From the sequence record OQ427096.1: 64,000 nt of DNA. One strand, written 5' to 3'. This document shows, piece by piece, positions 1-10,009 of this stretch (position 1 is its first letter; each line of letters opens with the position of its first letter). The notes under the pieces are model-generated. The model was not told the DNA's origin. It made no database searches and was given only the letters and a program-made list of their open reading frames with translations. The position numbers and the translations under genes are program-made.

Positions 1-39
1 ATAAAAACCCCGTCATATTGAGGAAGTCAGGTGTAAGGC

Positions 40-2358
40 ATGGGCAGAAAAGAAATCAACGTAACAAAGAGAAACGGCAAGCGTGAGCCGTATGATGTGG
101 CAAAGATTCAACGCCAGATCGAATACGCATGTGATGGGATTGCTAATGTATCGCAGTCCATGATTGAACTCTCGATGAACCTCGAGTTGTTTGACGGGAT
201 CAAGACATCTGACATTGATGAGCTGGCTATCCGAGCAGCCGTGAACCTGATCCTCAGCGAAGAGGGTCACACCAACTACCAATACGTTGCAGGTCGTCTG
301 GCATCATACGCTCTCCGCAAGGAAGTCTATGGTCAGTATGAAGTGCCTTCGCTGTTCTCGATTGTGAAGAAGAACGTAGCCAAGGGCCTCTACTCGGATG
401 AACTGCTGACCTGGTACTCGGAAGATGAGTGGAACCTCATTGAGACCTTTGTTGACCACACCAAGGATGAACGCTTGTCTCATGCTGCAATTCAGCAGTT
501 GGTAGACAAGTATCTGGTTCGCAATCGCTCCACAAAGGAATACGTTGAGACCCCTCAGATTCGCTACATCGTAGCTGCGGCAACGGCAATGCACGCTGAG
601 CCTGCAAAGCAGCGCATGAAGCGAATCAACGAATACTACAAGCAGGCTTCCAATGGCGAATTCACCCTCCCAACTCCTGTCCTTGCCGGTCTTGGCACAC
701 CAACTAAGCAGTTCTCAAGCTGTGTCCTACTTCGTTCTGACGACACTCTCGACTCTATCTTCGCTACTGGCGAGATGGTGGCAAAGTATTCGGCAAAGCG
801 AGCTGGTATTGGGCTTGAAATCGGTCGTCTTCGCCCCGCCGGTGCACCTATCCGCGGAGGCGAGATTGCTCATACAGGCTTGACCCTCTTCATCAAGAAG
901 TGGTTCAGTGATATGCGTAGCTGCTCGCAGGGTGGCATCCGCAATTCGTCTGCGACACTCACCTACCCGATTTGGCACTACGAGTTTGAGGAACTGATCG
1001 TTCTGAAGAACAACCAGGGTACAGAAGAGAATCGTGTTCGTCACTTTGACTACTCAGTTGTCACCTGCAAGTATCTATGGAATCGTTTCCGTAATCAGGA
1101 GATGATGACCTTCTTCGATCCGAATGAAGTTCCTGACCTGTACGAAGCATACTACCGTGATCAGGCTGAGTTTGTTCGTCTCTACGAGAAGTATGAGAAG
1201 CAGGATGGACTGCGCAAGCGCCAGCTCAATGCAGCAGATGCCTTCGGTGCATTCCTCACTGAACGCTCAGACACCGGTCGCATCTTCGAGGTCTACATCG
1301 ACAACGTGATTGATCAGGGTCCGGTAGATTCCCAGACATGGCCTATCTATCAGTCAAACCTGTGTCAGGAAATCTTGCTACCTACGCGTCCGTTCCAGCG
1401 TTTGGAAGATGAAGAAGGTCGTATCGCACTCTGCACTCTGGGTTCGATCGTGCTGGGCAAGTTCAAGAAGCCTCAGGATATGCGAGGCGCATGCCGTACT
1501 CTGGTTCGCAGCCTCGACAACTTGCTGTCCTATCAGATCTTCCTGTCACCACAGGCTGCGAATGCAAATGAAGACTTCCGTCCTCTGGGCATTGGCATCA
1601 CTGACCTTGCACACTGGCACGCTCAACGTGGCTACACCTACGGTCAGCCTGAAGCACTTGCTGAGTTTGCAAAGTGGATGGAGCACATTCACTACTATTG
1701 CATCGAGGCTTCGATTGAACTAGCCGAAGAGCGTGGACCGTGTAAGGAATGGAAGAACACTTCGTATGCAGAAGGCATTCTGCCTATCGACAAGCGTTCA
1801 CCAAACCTGGATGAAGTCCACAAGATTGAGTTGACTCTGGACTTCGATGCTCTACGTGAGCGTGTTAAAGTTTCGGGCATCCGTAATGGCCTCCTGCAGG
1901 CAACGGCGCCAGTTGAAAGCTCGTCGGTTGTGGTTGATTCGTCGAATGGTATGGCTCTGCCTAAGGCACTGATCTCTACCAAGGAATCCAAGGGTAGCTC
2001 GCTCGTACAGGTTGTCCCGGAATACGAGAAGCTCAAGGATCGCTATGAACCACTTCTCATGTGGAATCAGCGAGACTGCGTTGGATACCTGATGACGGCT
2101 GCTGTGAATCAGGCGTTCACAGATCAGGCACTGAGTACAGACACCTTCTACAATCCTGCGTTCTTTGAAGGCAACAAGATTCCGGCAACATTGGTTGCTA
2201 AGAACATCATGAACTTCCATCGCTGGGGCGGAAAGACTTTGTACTACAGTCTGATGAACAAGCGCGGATCGAAGGATGGTCTGGAGGAAGTGAAGGTAGA
2301 AACAGTCGTTGAGGAGGTCATTGCAGATGGAGAAGACTGCCCAGCATGTACTCTCTGA
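40..2358 (+). CDS. nrdA: Ribonucleoside-diphosphate reductase class Ia alpha subunit
   Basis: N-terminal ATP cone (VTKRNG), NLCQE active-site motif, APVESSS, KTLYY, C-terminal CPAC. Confidence 0.98.
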   Translation: MGRKEINVTKRNGKREPYDVAKIQRQIEYACDGIANVSQSMIELSMNLELFDGIKTSDIDELAIRAAVNLILSEEGHTNYQYVAGRLASYALRKEVYGQYEVPSLFSIVKKNVAKGLYSDELLTWYSEDEWNLIETFVDHTKDERLSHAAIQQLVDKYLVRNRSTKEYVETPQIRYIVAAATAMHAEPAKQRMKRINEYYKQASNGEFTLPTPVLAGLGTPTKQFSSCVLLRSDDTLDSIFATGEMVAKYSAKRAGIGLEIGRLRPAGAPIRGGEIAHTGLTLFIKKWFSDMRSCSQGGIRNSSATLTYPIWHYEFEELIVLKNNQGTEENRVRHFDYSVVTCKYLWNRFRNQEMMTFFDPNEVPDLYEAYYRDQAEFVRLYEKYEKQDGLRKRQLNAADAFGAFLTERSDTGRIFEVYIDNVIDQGPVDSQTWPIYQSNLCQEILLPTRPFQRLEDEEGRIALCTLGSIVLGKFKKPQDMRGACRTLVRSLDNLLSYQIFLSPQAANANEDFRPLGIGITDLAHWHAQRGYTYGQPEALAEFAKWMEHIHYYCIEASIELAEERGPCKEWKNTSYAEGILPIDKRSPNLDEVHKIELTLDFDALRERVKVSGIRNGLLQATAPVESSSVVVDSSNGMALPKALISTKESKGSSLVQVVPEYEKLKDRYEPLLMWNQRDCVGYLMTAAVNQAFTDQALSTDTFYNPAFFEGNKIPATLVAKNIMNFHRWGGKTLYYSLMNKRGSKDGLEEVKVETVVEEVIADGEDCPACTL

Positions 2359-2506
2359 GATCGATTGGTCTACAGTAAGCATTGGATGTCCTATTCCAGG
2401 TGGCGCACGCCCCTGGACTCAGGAGGAAAGAGATAGGCTTCAAGAGGCGATGAAACAGATCATCGCCCGTGAGGCAGAAATGAGAGCTCGTGGAGAGATT
2501 GAATGA
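2327..2506 (+). CDS. Hypothetical protein (59 aa)
   Basis: GAGGAGG RBS at 2311-2317 before ATG 2327; stop overlaps nrdB start. Confidence 0.55.
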   Translation: MEKTAQHVLSEIDWSTVSIGCPIPGGARPWTQEERDRLQEAMKQIIAREAEMRARGEIE

Positions 2507-3591
2507 GTCAGTTTGATATCAGTACAGAAACCAACTACCTTGACCGCAAGATGTTCCTGGATGGTACTGTTACCATGCAGCGCTTCGACAAGGTGAAGTA
2601 TCCGAAGATCCAGCAGTATGAGAAAGTCCAGCGTGGATTCTTCTGGGTGCCTGAGGAAATTGACGTCACCAAGGATCGTCAGGACATGAAGGCTGCATCT
2701 CCGGCAGGTCGACATGCCTTCACCAGCAACTTGCTGCGACAGACGACGCTTGACAGTGAACAAGGACGCGCACCGCTGCAGATTTTCGGACCGGTTGTGT
2801 CTCTACCTGAAATGGAAGCCCTCCTGTCTATCTGGGGCTTCTTTGAGACAAACCTGCACTCCAACAGCTACAGCCATATCATCCGCGGTGTCTATCCGAA
2901 CCCAGGCGAAATCTTTGATCAGGTTCATCAGAACCAGGAGATCATTGATATGGCAGCAAGCATTGGTCGCTACTACGGACGCCTTGATGACTTGAACGTT
3001 CGTAAGGCGCGCGGAGAGAATGTAGACATCATCGAGCACAAGAAGGCGATCTGGATGGCTCTGCACGCATCCTACGCGCTGGAAGCAATTCGCTTCATGG
3101 TGAGCTTCGCCACATCCTTCGCAATGATGGAGAACAAACTCTTCATCGGCAACGGTACGATCATCGGAATGATCCTGCAGGACGAACTTCTGCATAAGGA
3201 ATGGACTGCCTACATCCTGAATCAGGTGTGCAAGGAAGATCCTGACTTCGCAATGATCCGCGATGAAATGGCGGAAGAAGTCTATGCGATGTATGAAGAG
3301 GTCATCCAGGAAGAAAAGAACTGGGCTGTGTATCTCTTCAAGGAAGGTCCAATCATTGGCCTCAACGTGAAGATCCTCCACTACTTCGTAGACTGGACTG
3401 CTAAGGAATGTCTCGAGGCGGTTGGCATCAAGTACCGTGGTGAGGCTCCTAAGTCGCATCCGATTCCGTGGTTCTTGAAGCATGTGAAGCAGGAGACGAA
3501 GCAGACTGCTCTGCAGGAACTGGAATCCACCGACTATGTGATTGGATCACTGACGAGCACTATTGACTATGGCGACCTGCCCGTACTGTAA
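2503..3591 (+). CDS. nrdB: Ribonucleoside-diphosphate reductase beta subunit
   Basis: FFWVPEE, di-iron ligands (ETNLH, LEAIRF, DELLH), C-terminal Tyr. Confidence 0.97.
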   Translation: MSQFDISTETNYLDRKMFLDGTVTMQRFDKVKYPKIQQYEKVQRGFFWVPEEIDVTKDRQDMKAASPAGRHAFTSNLLRQTTLDSEQGRAPLQIFGPVVSLPEMEALLSIWGFFETNLHSNSYSHIIRGVYPNPGEIFDQVHQNQEIIDMAASIGRYYGRLDDLNVRKARGENVDIIEHKKAIWMALHASYALEAIRFMVSFATSFAMMENKLFIGNGTIIGMILQDELLHKEWTAYILNQVCKEDPDFAMIRDEMAEEVYAMYEEVIQEEKNWAVYLFKEGPIIGLNVKILHYFVDWTAKECLEAVGIKYRGEAPKSHPIPWFLKHVKQETKQTALQELESTDYVIGSLTSTIDYGDLPVL

Positions 3592-3958
3592 GAAGGAAGC
3601 AACACTCGAGACGGGCGAAACGATCTACCCACACCGACCTGACCTCTACACGCTCTACTTCTGGGCGTGTATGAAGTGTAAGGCGTGGGTAGGTTGTCAT
3701 GGAACGTCTCAGGTACCAATGGGAAGACTGGCCAATGCCGCTTCCCGTAAGCTAAAGTCCAAGGCACATAGCTTCTTCGATCCCATCTGGAAAACTGGCT
3801 ACATGACACGCACACGCGCGTATGCTTGGCTTCAAGGAATGACAGGGCTCTCAGCAGATGACTGTCACATGGGAATGATGGATGATGAAATGCTGAGGAA
3901 GGTGGCAAAGATGTGCAGACAATTTTTACTTGAAACAGGAATTAGAAACGATGTATGA
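3569..3958 (+). CDS. Zinc-finger protein (DUF3268-like)
   Basis: CPYC..CMKC..VGCH..PMGRLAN..KAHSFFDPIW pattern. Confidence 0.8.
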   Translation: MATCPYCKKEATLETGETIYPHRPDLYTLYFWACMKCKAWVGCHGTSQVPMGRLANAASRKLKSKAHSFFDPIWKTGYMTRTRAYAWLQGMTGLSADDCHMGMMDDEMLRKVAKMCRQFLLETGIRNDV

Positions 3959-4175
3959 GATCTACTCGAAGGACGCTTGTCCGAACTGTGTCACCGCTGC
4001 CTCACTCGCAGAGTCAAAGGGCATTGAATTCAAAGTCTTGAAGCTGGACAAAGACTACACCCGTGAAGACCTCTTCTCGAAGGCCCCTTCGGCTCGGGCT
4101 GTTCCTCAGGTCTTTAAGGATGGTGTCCTGATTGGTGATCTGGCGGCGTTTCGTCAGCACCTTGTAAGTGTCTGA
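3951..4175 (+). CDS. Glutaredoxin
   Basis: YSKDACPNC, VPQVF, IG motifs; adjacent to nrdAB. Confidence 0.93.
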   Translation: MYEIYSKDACPNCVTAASLAESKGIEFKVLKLDKDYTREDLFSKAPSARAVPQVFKDGVLIGDLAAFRQHLVSV

Positions 4176-4179
4176 TTCT
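4164..4179 (+). repeat. Dispersed motif GTAAGTGTCTGATTC (copy 1 of 4)
   Basis: Identical 15-mer at 4164, 7195, 7241, 49453. Confidence 0.9.
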
Positions 4180-4352
4180 TGGAAAACTGACCCGAACTGA
4201 CTCTAACAGAGTCAGAAATTGACTCGTTCTTAACATCTGCGCCGTTTGGTTCAGATTGGACTAAGAACGGGTCAATTTCTTGTCAGAGCCTCGTGAAGAG
4301 AGCCTCAGAACCCTTGATAAGTCTAGCAATGAAAAAGAAATGAAGATTCAGG

Positions 4353-4381
4353 TTGTGCCTTAACGCTACCTTCATTAACAT
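4353..4381 (+). promoter_or_regulatory. Sigma70-type early promoter
   Basis: TTGTGC-N17-TAACAT upstream of ORF 4453. Confidence 0.6.
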
Positions 4382-4452
4382 TCGATTGTGGTCAGCGACA
4401 GGGCTCAGAAAGGCCAGTCGGACTGATCGAGGGGTTCCAACATGGGGACAAC

Positions 4453-5547
4453 ATGAAGACACAGAAAGACGCGATCAGGCGCGAGCTGTTAGATCGTGCG
4501 ACAGGTAAAGGTAGAGAGCCGACGTGGGACTTGGACGTCGAGCCGACCAAACTGGAACTGGTCAAAGCACTCAACTTCTACTCGGCGAGTTCGACGCCGG
4601 AGACACTCAAGAAATATGCTATTACGTGGGCGAGAAAGAACGCCCCGGAACGCCTTGGGGTTGTAGAAGCCCAACCCGATTTCAAGTTCCAGACTTTCGG
4701 TGCGCTTATGCGTATTGAAAGCCGCGGAATGAAGCTTCCAAAGGCAGAGAAGAATTCGATTGCGAAATTTGTGAACGAACTTAATATGCCTTTCACCGAA
4801 CCGAAACAAATTAAGCCGAGGAAGAAAAAGATGTCGACCGAAAACGTGAACTACCGCAACTTCTGCGACGCCCTGGACAAGGCCACCGAAGCGGCGGAGT
4901 TCGTCAAGCCCGATCTGACCGTTGATCCGAAACATTCGACGGCGTCGGTGATCGAAACCTGTCAGCGCGAGCTGGAAGCGATCAAGGAAGACGGCGACAT
5001 CTATCCGAAGCACATGACGCAGTGGTTCACCTACGTCATGAAGCTGATGAACGGCGGCAAGCTGCCGGAAAAGGCGCCGAAGGAAGTCAAGAAGCGGGTC
5101 GAAACTGTCGTGAACGACAACTCCGACGACGGTGATGACGATTCGACTCCGACTCGTCAGGCACGCGCCCCGCGCACTCCGAAGAAGGTCGCGTCTGCCA
5201 AGGGTCCCAAGACCCCGACTCTCCCGAAGAACGATCCGGTGCCGGCTGCTGACCACGTTCTCAACGGCAAGAAGGTCGCTTTCCTCTTCGACACTCGCTA
5301 CGGCCGCCTGACCCGGATGGTCTCGGATTCGAAGAACGGCTTCGAGATCAAGGGCAAGACCATCCACAACATCGACCACTCCAAGTCGAAGGTCGCTCTG
5401 CTCAAGAACTTCGGCGACGCGATGCAGCCCGGCAAGAACACGACCGACGAACTGGTCGGCTGGATGGGCAAGTGCGTCAAGAAGGGCAACCCGATCTCGG
5501 TGGGCAGCCGACTGGCAGAAGAAGTCCTGGTCCTGGAAGCCGCCTAA
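4453..5547 (+). CDS. Conserved hypothetical protein of large T4-like phages (364 aa)
   Basis: Long ORF with strong C-ending codon bias; ALNFY and FDTRYGRL..GFEIKGKTI segments recall an unnamed myovirus family. Confidence 0.8.
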   Translation: MKTQKDAIRRELLDRATGKGREPTWDLDVEPTKLELVKALNFYSASSTPETLKKYAITWARKNAPERLGVVEAQPDFKFQTFGALMRIESRGMKLPKAEKNSIAKFVNELNMPFTEPKQIKPRKKKMSTENVNYRNFCDALDKATEAAEFVKPDLTVDPKHSTASVIETCQRELEAIKEDGDIYPKHMTQWFTYVMKLMNGGKLPEKAPKEVKKRVETVVNDNSDDGDDDSTPTRQARAPRTPKKVASAKGPKTPTLPKNDPVPAADHVLNGKKVAFLFDTRYGRLTRMVSDSKNGFEIKGKTIHNIDHSKSKVALLKNFGDAMQPGKNTTDELVGWMGKCVKKGNPISVGSRLAEEVLVLEAA

Positions 5548-5556
5548 GGCACAACG

Positions 5557-5585
5557 GCCCTAGGGAGAAATCTCTAGGGCTTTTT
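5557..5585 (+). terminator. Rho-independent terminator
   Basis: GCCCTAGGGA-GAAA-TCTCTAGGGC followed by TTTTT. Confidence 0.9.
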
Positions 5586-5603
5586 CATTGGTCGGAGATC
5601 GTC

Positions 5604-5798
5604 ATGACCTGCATCTGCAACAAGACTACCCGTGATATGACCTACGCCGAGTTCGTTGCCTGGGCACACGAGTACGTCACTGAGAAGTTTCTGGTCGGTG
5701 GTCTCAAGGCCATGCGCGACGCCATGGAAATGGTCGTACAGCAGCAGACCATGAACCACATGCACAACAAGGGACATTTCCCGAAGGCGGACAAATGA
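5604..5798 (+). CDS. Hypothetical protein
   Basis: GGAG RBS, coupled to next ORF. Confidence 0.65.
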   Translation: MTCICNKTTRDMTYAEFVAWAHEYVTEKFLVGGLKAMRDAMEMVVQQQTMNHMHNKGHFPKADK

Positions 5799-6244
5799 GC
5801 ATCCGTAGTTGGTGGAAGAAAAACGTCACCGAACCCCGTCGACGGAGGAAGTTCTTCAACCTTCGAGCTCGGCATGGCTCGTCCACTCGATACCACTTCC
5901 TGATGGTCAAGGAAGCCCTCGAAGATCTCCTGTACCGTTTGGATTCCACCGGAACTGTGTCTCACCCCGAAGCCGGAATCTGTTTCAACGCAGGCTTCCA
6001 GATTGGTGGGGATTGGCGTGATGCCGGTGAGACCTTCCTCAGCCTGGCAGAAATGTTCAACTCTGAGGTTCGAGGTCTCAAGAAAAAGTTCACGTTCTTC
6101 ACCGACAATTTCCCGTTCGAAGACGTCGACGCCCTCGATGGGTTTTCTCTGAACAAGTGGGTTGGTGAGTCCCTGAAGGTCCGGCGTGCCTGTATCGAAT
6201 GGATCCTCGACAACATCGAGAAGCATCAACTGCACCGGGGTTAA
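5795..6244 (+). CDS. Hypothetical protein
   Basis: ATGA overlap, phage-like codon usage. Confidence 0.7.
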   Translation: MSIRSWWKKNVTEPRRRRKFFNLRARHGSSTRYHFLMVKEALEDLLYRLDSTGTVSHPEAGICFNAGFQIGGDWRDAGETFLSLAEMFNSEVRGLKKKFTFFTDNFPFEDVDALDGFSLNKWVGESLKVRRACIEWILDNIEKHQLHRG

Positions 6245-6274
6245 ATATCTCGACACATCAATCGAGAACGAAAC

Positions 6275-6784
6275 GTGGCCAAGGTACCCTACGACAAGGC
6301 GAAGAAAATTCTGACCACTCTGTACCAAACGGGAGGACAGGTTTCTCGTGATCCGGTAGGTCAGACCACGCCACCGAAGGGATCAACCGTACCGAAGTCC
6401 GTCATCCAAGCGGCAACGCCAGAAAACAATCTGAGGGTGACGAAGCAGCCACGCAGGAATGTGATCATCATCACACCCTTCATGGCGGAAGATCCGGCTT
6501 TGGCAGAGAAGATGAAGAGGTACGCTGCTCGAGCGACTAAGGACTCGTTGAATAAGAACGAAGCCCCGCTCGCATCACACCTGTTCTACTACTCAGTCTT
6601 GAACGAAAAGGATCCGATTGAACGAGACATTGGCCTCCAATCTCAGCTGAGTTGGCTCAAGGTTGCAGACGTGGTAGCCGTGTATGTAGACTTCTCCGTA
6701 ACACCTGCAATGAAAGTGGCGATCGACAACGCTCGCCTCCTACAGAAAAAGATCGAATTCCGAACAATTGGAGCAGTGGCATGA
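6275..6784 (+). CDS. DUF4406/nucleoside deoxyribosyltransferase-like protein
   Basis: IITPF..YA..A..DSL..NEAPLASHLFY..WL..AD.VAVYVD...TPAM..AI pattern. Confidence 0.7.
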   Translation: MAKVPYDKAKKILTTLYQTGGQVSRDPVGQTTPPKGSTVPKSVIQAATPENNLRVTKQPRRNVIIITPFMAEDPALAEKMKRYAARATKDSLNKNEAPLASHLFYYSVLNEKDPIERDIGLQSQLSWLKVADVVAVYVDFSVTPAMKVAIDNARLLQKKIEFRTIGAVA

Positions 6785-7080
6785 TTCGTGATTACACCAA
6801 CTTCCCGCACCGCGCAGGCGATGTCTATCGACTGGGTGAGTCGAACCTGTACTACATCCTGTCCATTGTCGAAGGCGACTCGGTCAATGACGACTGGCTC
6901 AAGTATGCCCTGATCAGCCTCGACGGCAACCGTTGGTGCGAGCCTATCGCACTTGACCGTTCTAATGAACGCCCTGCTGACGGTCTGACGGAAGAAGAGT
7001 TCACCACCCTTGTCAGCGCAGAGGACCGAGAAGCTTTCGTCAAGGCTTCGGGCAGGCTGGTTTTCGCCTCGCTCCACTGA
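6781..7080 (+). CDS. Hypothetical protein
   Basis: ATGA overlap with upstream stop. Confidence 0.7.
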   Translation: MIRDYTNFPHRAGDVYRLGESNLYYILSIVEGDSVNDDWLKYALISLDGNRWCEPIALDRSNERPADGLTEEEFTTLVSAEDREAFVKASGRLVFASLH

Positions 7081-7129
7081 CAGTCCAATTCGGACCAATG
7101 CTGGCCAATACTAGCATGTGAAGGTCAGC

Positions 7130-7184
7130 GTGAAATCTGACAGTCTCCGCAGCCCTATGACCGTCAGACTTGTTCAGATTTCAC
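7130..7184. repeat. 11-bp perfect inverted repeat
   Basis: GTGAAATCTGA (7130-7140) / TCAGATTTCAC (7174-7184). Confidence 0.9.
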
Positions 7185-7192
7185 CGGGTCTG

Positions 7193-7264
7193 ACGTAAGT
7201 GTCTGATTCTATTGGGGTTCTGGTTGTGAAGGGGTACCACGTAAGTGTCTGATTCTATTGGGGT
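7193..7264 (+). repeat. 26-bp direct repeat x2 containing the GTAAGTGTCTGATTC motif
   Basis: ACGTAAGTGTCTGATTCTATTGGGGT at 7193-7218 and 7239-7264. Confidence 0.95.
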
Positions 7265-7328
7265 CGTCACACATGAAGGTAGCGTTTAAAGCTCGTGACG
7301 GGCTGACAACGAAACTTTAACGAGTCTC

Positions 7329-7356
7329 TTCACAAGACCCGGAGTTCTGATACAGT
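7329..7356 (+). promoter_or_regulatory. Sigma70-type promoter
   Basis: TTCACA-N16-TACAGT with TG extension. Confidence 0.5.
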
Positions 7357-7435
7357 GTCTGACAATGATGTAGAGAGGACGTGATCACCTGTAGCATGAG
7401 TCTTGTCCTATTCCGGACTCTGTTGAGGAAATATC

Positions 7436-7723
7436 ATGGCTCTTTATGCAATCAAGCACATCCCTACCAATCGCTTCTACACTCCAAACACCTCGGGTGC
7501 TTTCCGCACCGGACGCAACTGGAGAAAGGGAAAAGGTGTATTGTTTACGGACAAGGCTGACGCGGTGAATGAAGTGGTAAGCCTGATCAACAAGCATCGT
7601 AACGGTGAAGAGCAGCTTCGCATTCGTACCTATGGCGGATACGATGTTGCACGCGCCGAGGATGCAGTTGGTGATGGATACATTCGTGATCGCGATTTCA
7701 GCGTAGTTGACGTGAACGTTTAA
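7436..7723 (+). CDS. Hypothetical protein
   Basis: GAGGA RBS, ORF 95 aa. Confidence 0.75.
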   Translation: MALYAIKHIPTNRFYTPNTSGAFRTGRNWRKGKGVLFTDKADAVNEVVSLINKHRNGEEQLRIRTYGGYDVARAEDAVGDGYIRDRDFSVVDVNV

Positions 7724-7783
7724 GTTTCCTCCGTGTGGCGCACTGGCCAAGGATGGCCACCTATTCTATTCCTTGAGAACACG

Positions 7784-9073
7784 ATGACAATTCTTTCGAT
7801 CCTCAATCAACTGGCTGCGACTTCGAGCCGCCTGGCCAAAGATGCAATTCTCAAGGACAACGCGTCCAATGAGACGCTCAAGCGAGTGTTCAAGCTCGCA
7901 TACGACAAGAAGATCCTCTTCTGGACTCGTACTATCCCAGATGAAGCCAGCTGGTCTGACGATCCTCCCTTCATCAATCTTGACGGTGCACTCGACCAGA
8001 TCGAGAAGAACATCTGCACACGCAAATTCACAGGCAATGCAGCTGCTGGCTTCCTGGCAAGCATGTTCTCCCAGCTCGATCGCGACGATGCAACGGTTCT
8101 CAAGCGAGTCATCCTGGGTGACCTGCGTGTCGGCGGAACTCGCGAAACGGCAAACCGTTGCTGGCCTGGCCTGATCGCGAAGCCATCCTTCATGCTCTGC
8201 TCGGCAGACTACGACGAAGAAGAGATCGGCTTCCCGGCGATCAGTCAGACCAAGGAAGACGGCGCCCGTTGTCGTCTGGAATGGGATGGCGAGACCGCAA
8301 CCCTGACCAGCCGTGCAGACAACGAAATTACGCATCATGCGACGTTCAACGATTGGGCGTCAAAGCACCTACAGCCCGGCGATAGCCTAGACGGTGAGCT
8401 GGTGTGTTTCCGTGACGGTAAGCGTTTGAGTCGTAAGGACTCCAACGGCTTTGTGAACAAGGCCATCAAGGGCACCATCAGTCCTGAGGAAGCAGAAATG
8501 CTGACCCTGGTTGCATGGGACCTTGAAGACAAGACTCTGCCCTACAACGAGCGTTTCGCCAAGGTCCAGTCTTTCGAAGGCAAGGTGCAGGCGATCGAGT
8601 CTCGTATCGTCCATTCGTATGAAGAAGCTCTGGCTCACTTCAAGGAAGCTCGTCGCGCTGGTCTGGAAGGCACCATCCTGAAGAAGTATGATGCTCTGTG
8701 GGAAGGCAAGCGTGTCAAGTTCCAGGCAAAGTTCAAGGCTGAGATCGAAGCAGAATTCCGTGTCGTTGGCTTTGACTATGGCAAGAAGGGGACCAAGAAC
8801 GAGAAGCGAGTTGGCGCACTCAAGGTCCAGTCCGAATGCGGGCAGGTTGCATGTGACGTTGGCATCTTCAAGGACTTCCCTGACACGATCCGCGATGACA
8901 TGCTGACGGATCTGCCGACCATCATCACTGTGCGATACAACGAGCGCATCACGTCTCGTGGTCGCGATACGCAGTCTCTGTTCCTGCCGCGCATGATTTC
9001 GATCCGCCTGGACAAGAACACCGCTGACACTCTGGATGACCTGATCAAGATCGAAGCGGCAACTCTGGAATGA
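7784..9073 (+). CDS. lig: ATP-dependent DNA ligase (T4 gp30-like)
   Basis: Motif I KEDGAR, EGTILK, FKAE, C-terminal OB fold SLFLPRM; start at MTILSIL. Confidence 0.95.
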   Translation: MTILSILNQLAATSSRLAKDAILKDNASNETLKRVFKLAYDKKILFWTRTIPDEASWSDDPPFINLDGALDQIEKNICTRKFTGNAAAGFLASMFSQLDRDDATVLKRVILGDLRVGGTRETANRCWPGLIAKPSFMLCSADYDEEEIGFPAISQTKEDGARCRLEWDGETATLTSRADNEITHHATFNDWASKHLQPGDSLDGELVCFRDGKRLSRKDSNGFVNKAIKGTISPEEAEMLTLVAWDLEDKTLPYNERFAKVQSFEGKVQAIESRIVHSYEEALAHFKEARRAGLEGTILKKYDALWEGKRVKFQAKFKAEIEAEFRVVGFDYGKKGTKNEKRVGALKVQSECGQVACDVGIFKDFPDTIRDDMLTDLPTIITVRYNERITSRGRDTQSLFLPRMISIRLDKNTADTLDDLIKIEAATLE

Positions 9074-9441
9074 TTGAGTCTTCCGTACAGACAAGAGAAG
9101 GCGATACTATCGGTTTCGCCTATGAGATTCGTCACGGTGAGGATTTCGATCCTCGCTGTGGCGTGTGTACCCAGTACACGGAATACGTGAACAAGATTCT
9201 CGGCGAGTGGCTGCCTGAGGCATTCATCGTTGAGGCAGATTGGTTGAACACGAATAGTTCTTCCGGTCTCAACATGCGCAAGATGTTGATCATCAAGAGT
9301 GGTCCTGAGCCGGTGCTGGAACGACTTCTGTTCTGGCTCACTTCCAACTTTGATGAGACTATCAAACTCGCATCAATTGATTCGATTGTGTTCCGTGAAC
9401 TAAGCACACAGAATGAGTACTCCTATACCATTCAGTATTGA
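9070..9441 (+). CDS. Hypothetical protein
   Basis: ATGA overlap with ligase. Confidence 0.65.
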   Translation: MIESSVQTREGDTIGFAYEIRHGEDFDPRCGVCTQYTEYVNKILGEWLPEAFIVEADWLNTNSSSGLNMRKMLIIKSGPEPVLERLLFWLTSNFDETIKLASIDSIVFRELSTQNEYSYTIQY

Positions 9442-9471
9442 CGCTGTAACCCATCAACCAATGGAGTCGTA

Positions 9472-9741
9472 ATGAGCATTACCTTTGAGCAGTTTGAAAA
9501 GCAGATTGAACCCATCCACAGCGCTTATTGTGCCAAGTACAATGAGCTTGCTGTTCTGCGACGCGAGTTCCAGAAGCTGGCAAATCAGATCAGCCTCGAC
9601 AATGTCGAAGATGAAGATGAGCGCGATGACCTGCATGAAGAAGTAAGCGACCGTCTTGCCGACCTGACCTACGATTTCGATCTGCAATGGGATGGTTTCG
9701 AGCAGGGTAACATCAACTTCTGGGTTCCGAGTACTTGCTAA
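9472..9741 (+). CDS. Acidic protein, W-x-P-S-x-C C-terminal family (1)
   Basis: Ends FWVPSTC*; coiled-coil N-terminus, D/E-rich middle. Confidence 0.85.
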   Translation: MSITFEQFEKQIEPIHSAYCAKYNELAVLRREFQKLANQISLDNVEDEDERDDLHEEVSDRLADLTYDFDLQWDGFEQGNINFWVPSTC

Positions 9742-9992
9742 TGACCACTGAAACCAAAACCTCTTTTGAAGCGTTCCATGAACAAGCCACGGACCTCTAT
9801 AGCCGCCTGGCCTTGATCGATCAGCTGTTCAAGGAAGCTGATGCTCTTGTCAGGAACGTCGATCGTTCTTCATTCACTGACGAGCAGCTCGATGAAGCCT
9901 ATGAATTGGCTCATGAAATTGGATACGCTGCCGGCTGGCAGTTTGACAGTTTCGGTGAAAATGGCGGCTACTGGCAGCCTTCGACCTGCTAA
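9741..9992 (+). CDS. Acidic protein, W-x-P-S-x-C family (2)
   Basis: Ends YWQPSTC*; TAATG coupling. Confidence 0.85.
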   Translation: MTTETKTSFEAFHEQATDLYSRLALIDQLFKEADALVRNVDRSSFTDEQLDEAYELAHEIGYAAGWQFDSFGENGGYWQPSTC

Positions 9993-10009
9993 TCATTCAA
10001 CCAAAGGAA

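Noticed and set aside
40-3591. Introns, inteins or homing endonucleases in nrdA/nrdB
   Set aside because: Both ORFs are continuous and of normal length
7193-7264. Possible mini-CRISPR array
   Set aside because: Only two 26-bp repeats with a 20-bp spacer and no cas genes; better explained as regulatory repeats
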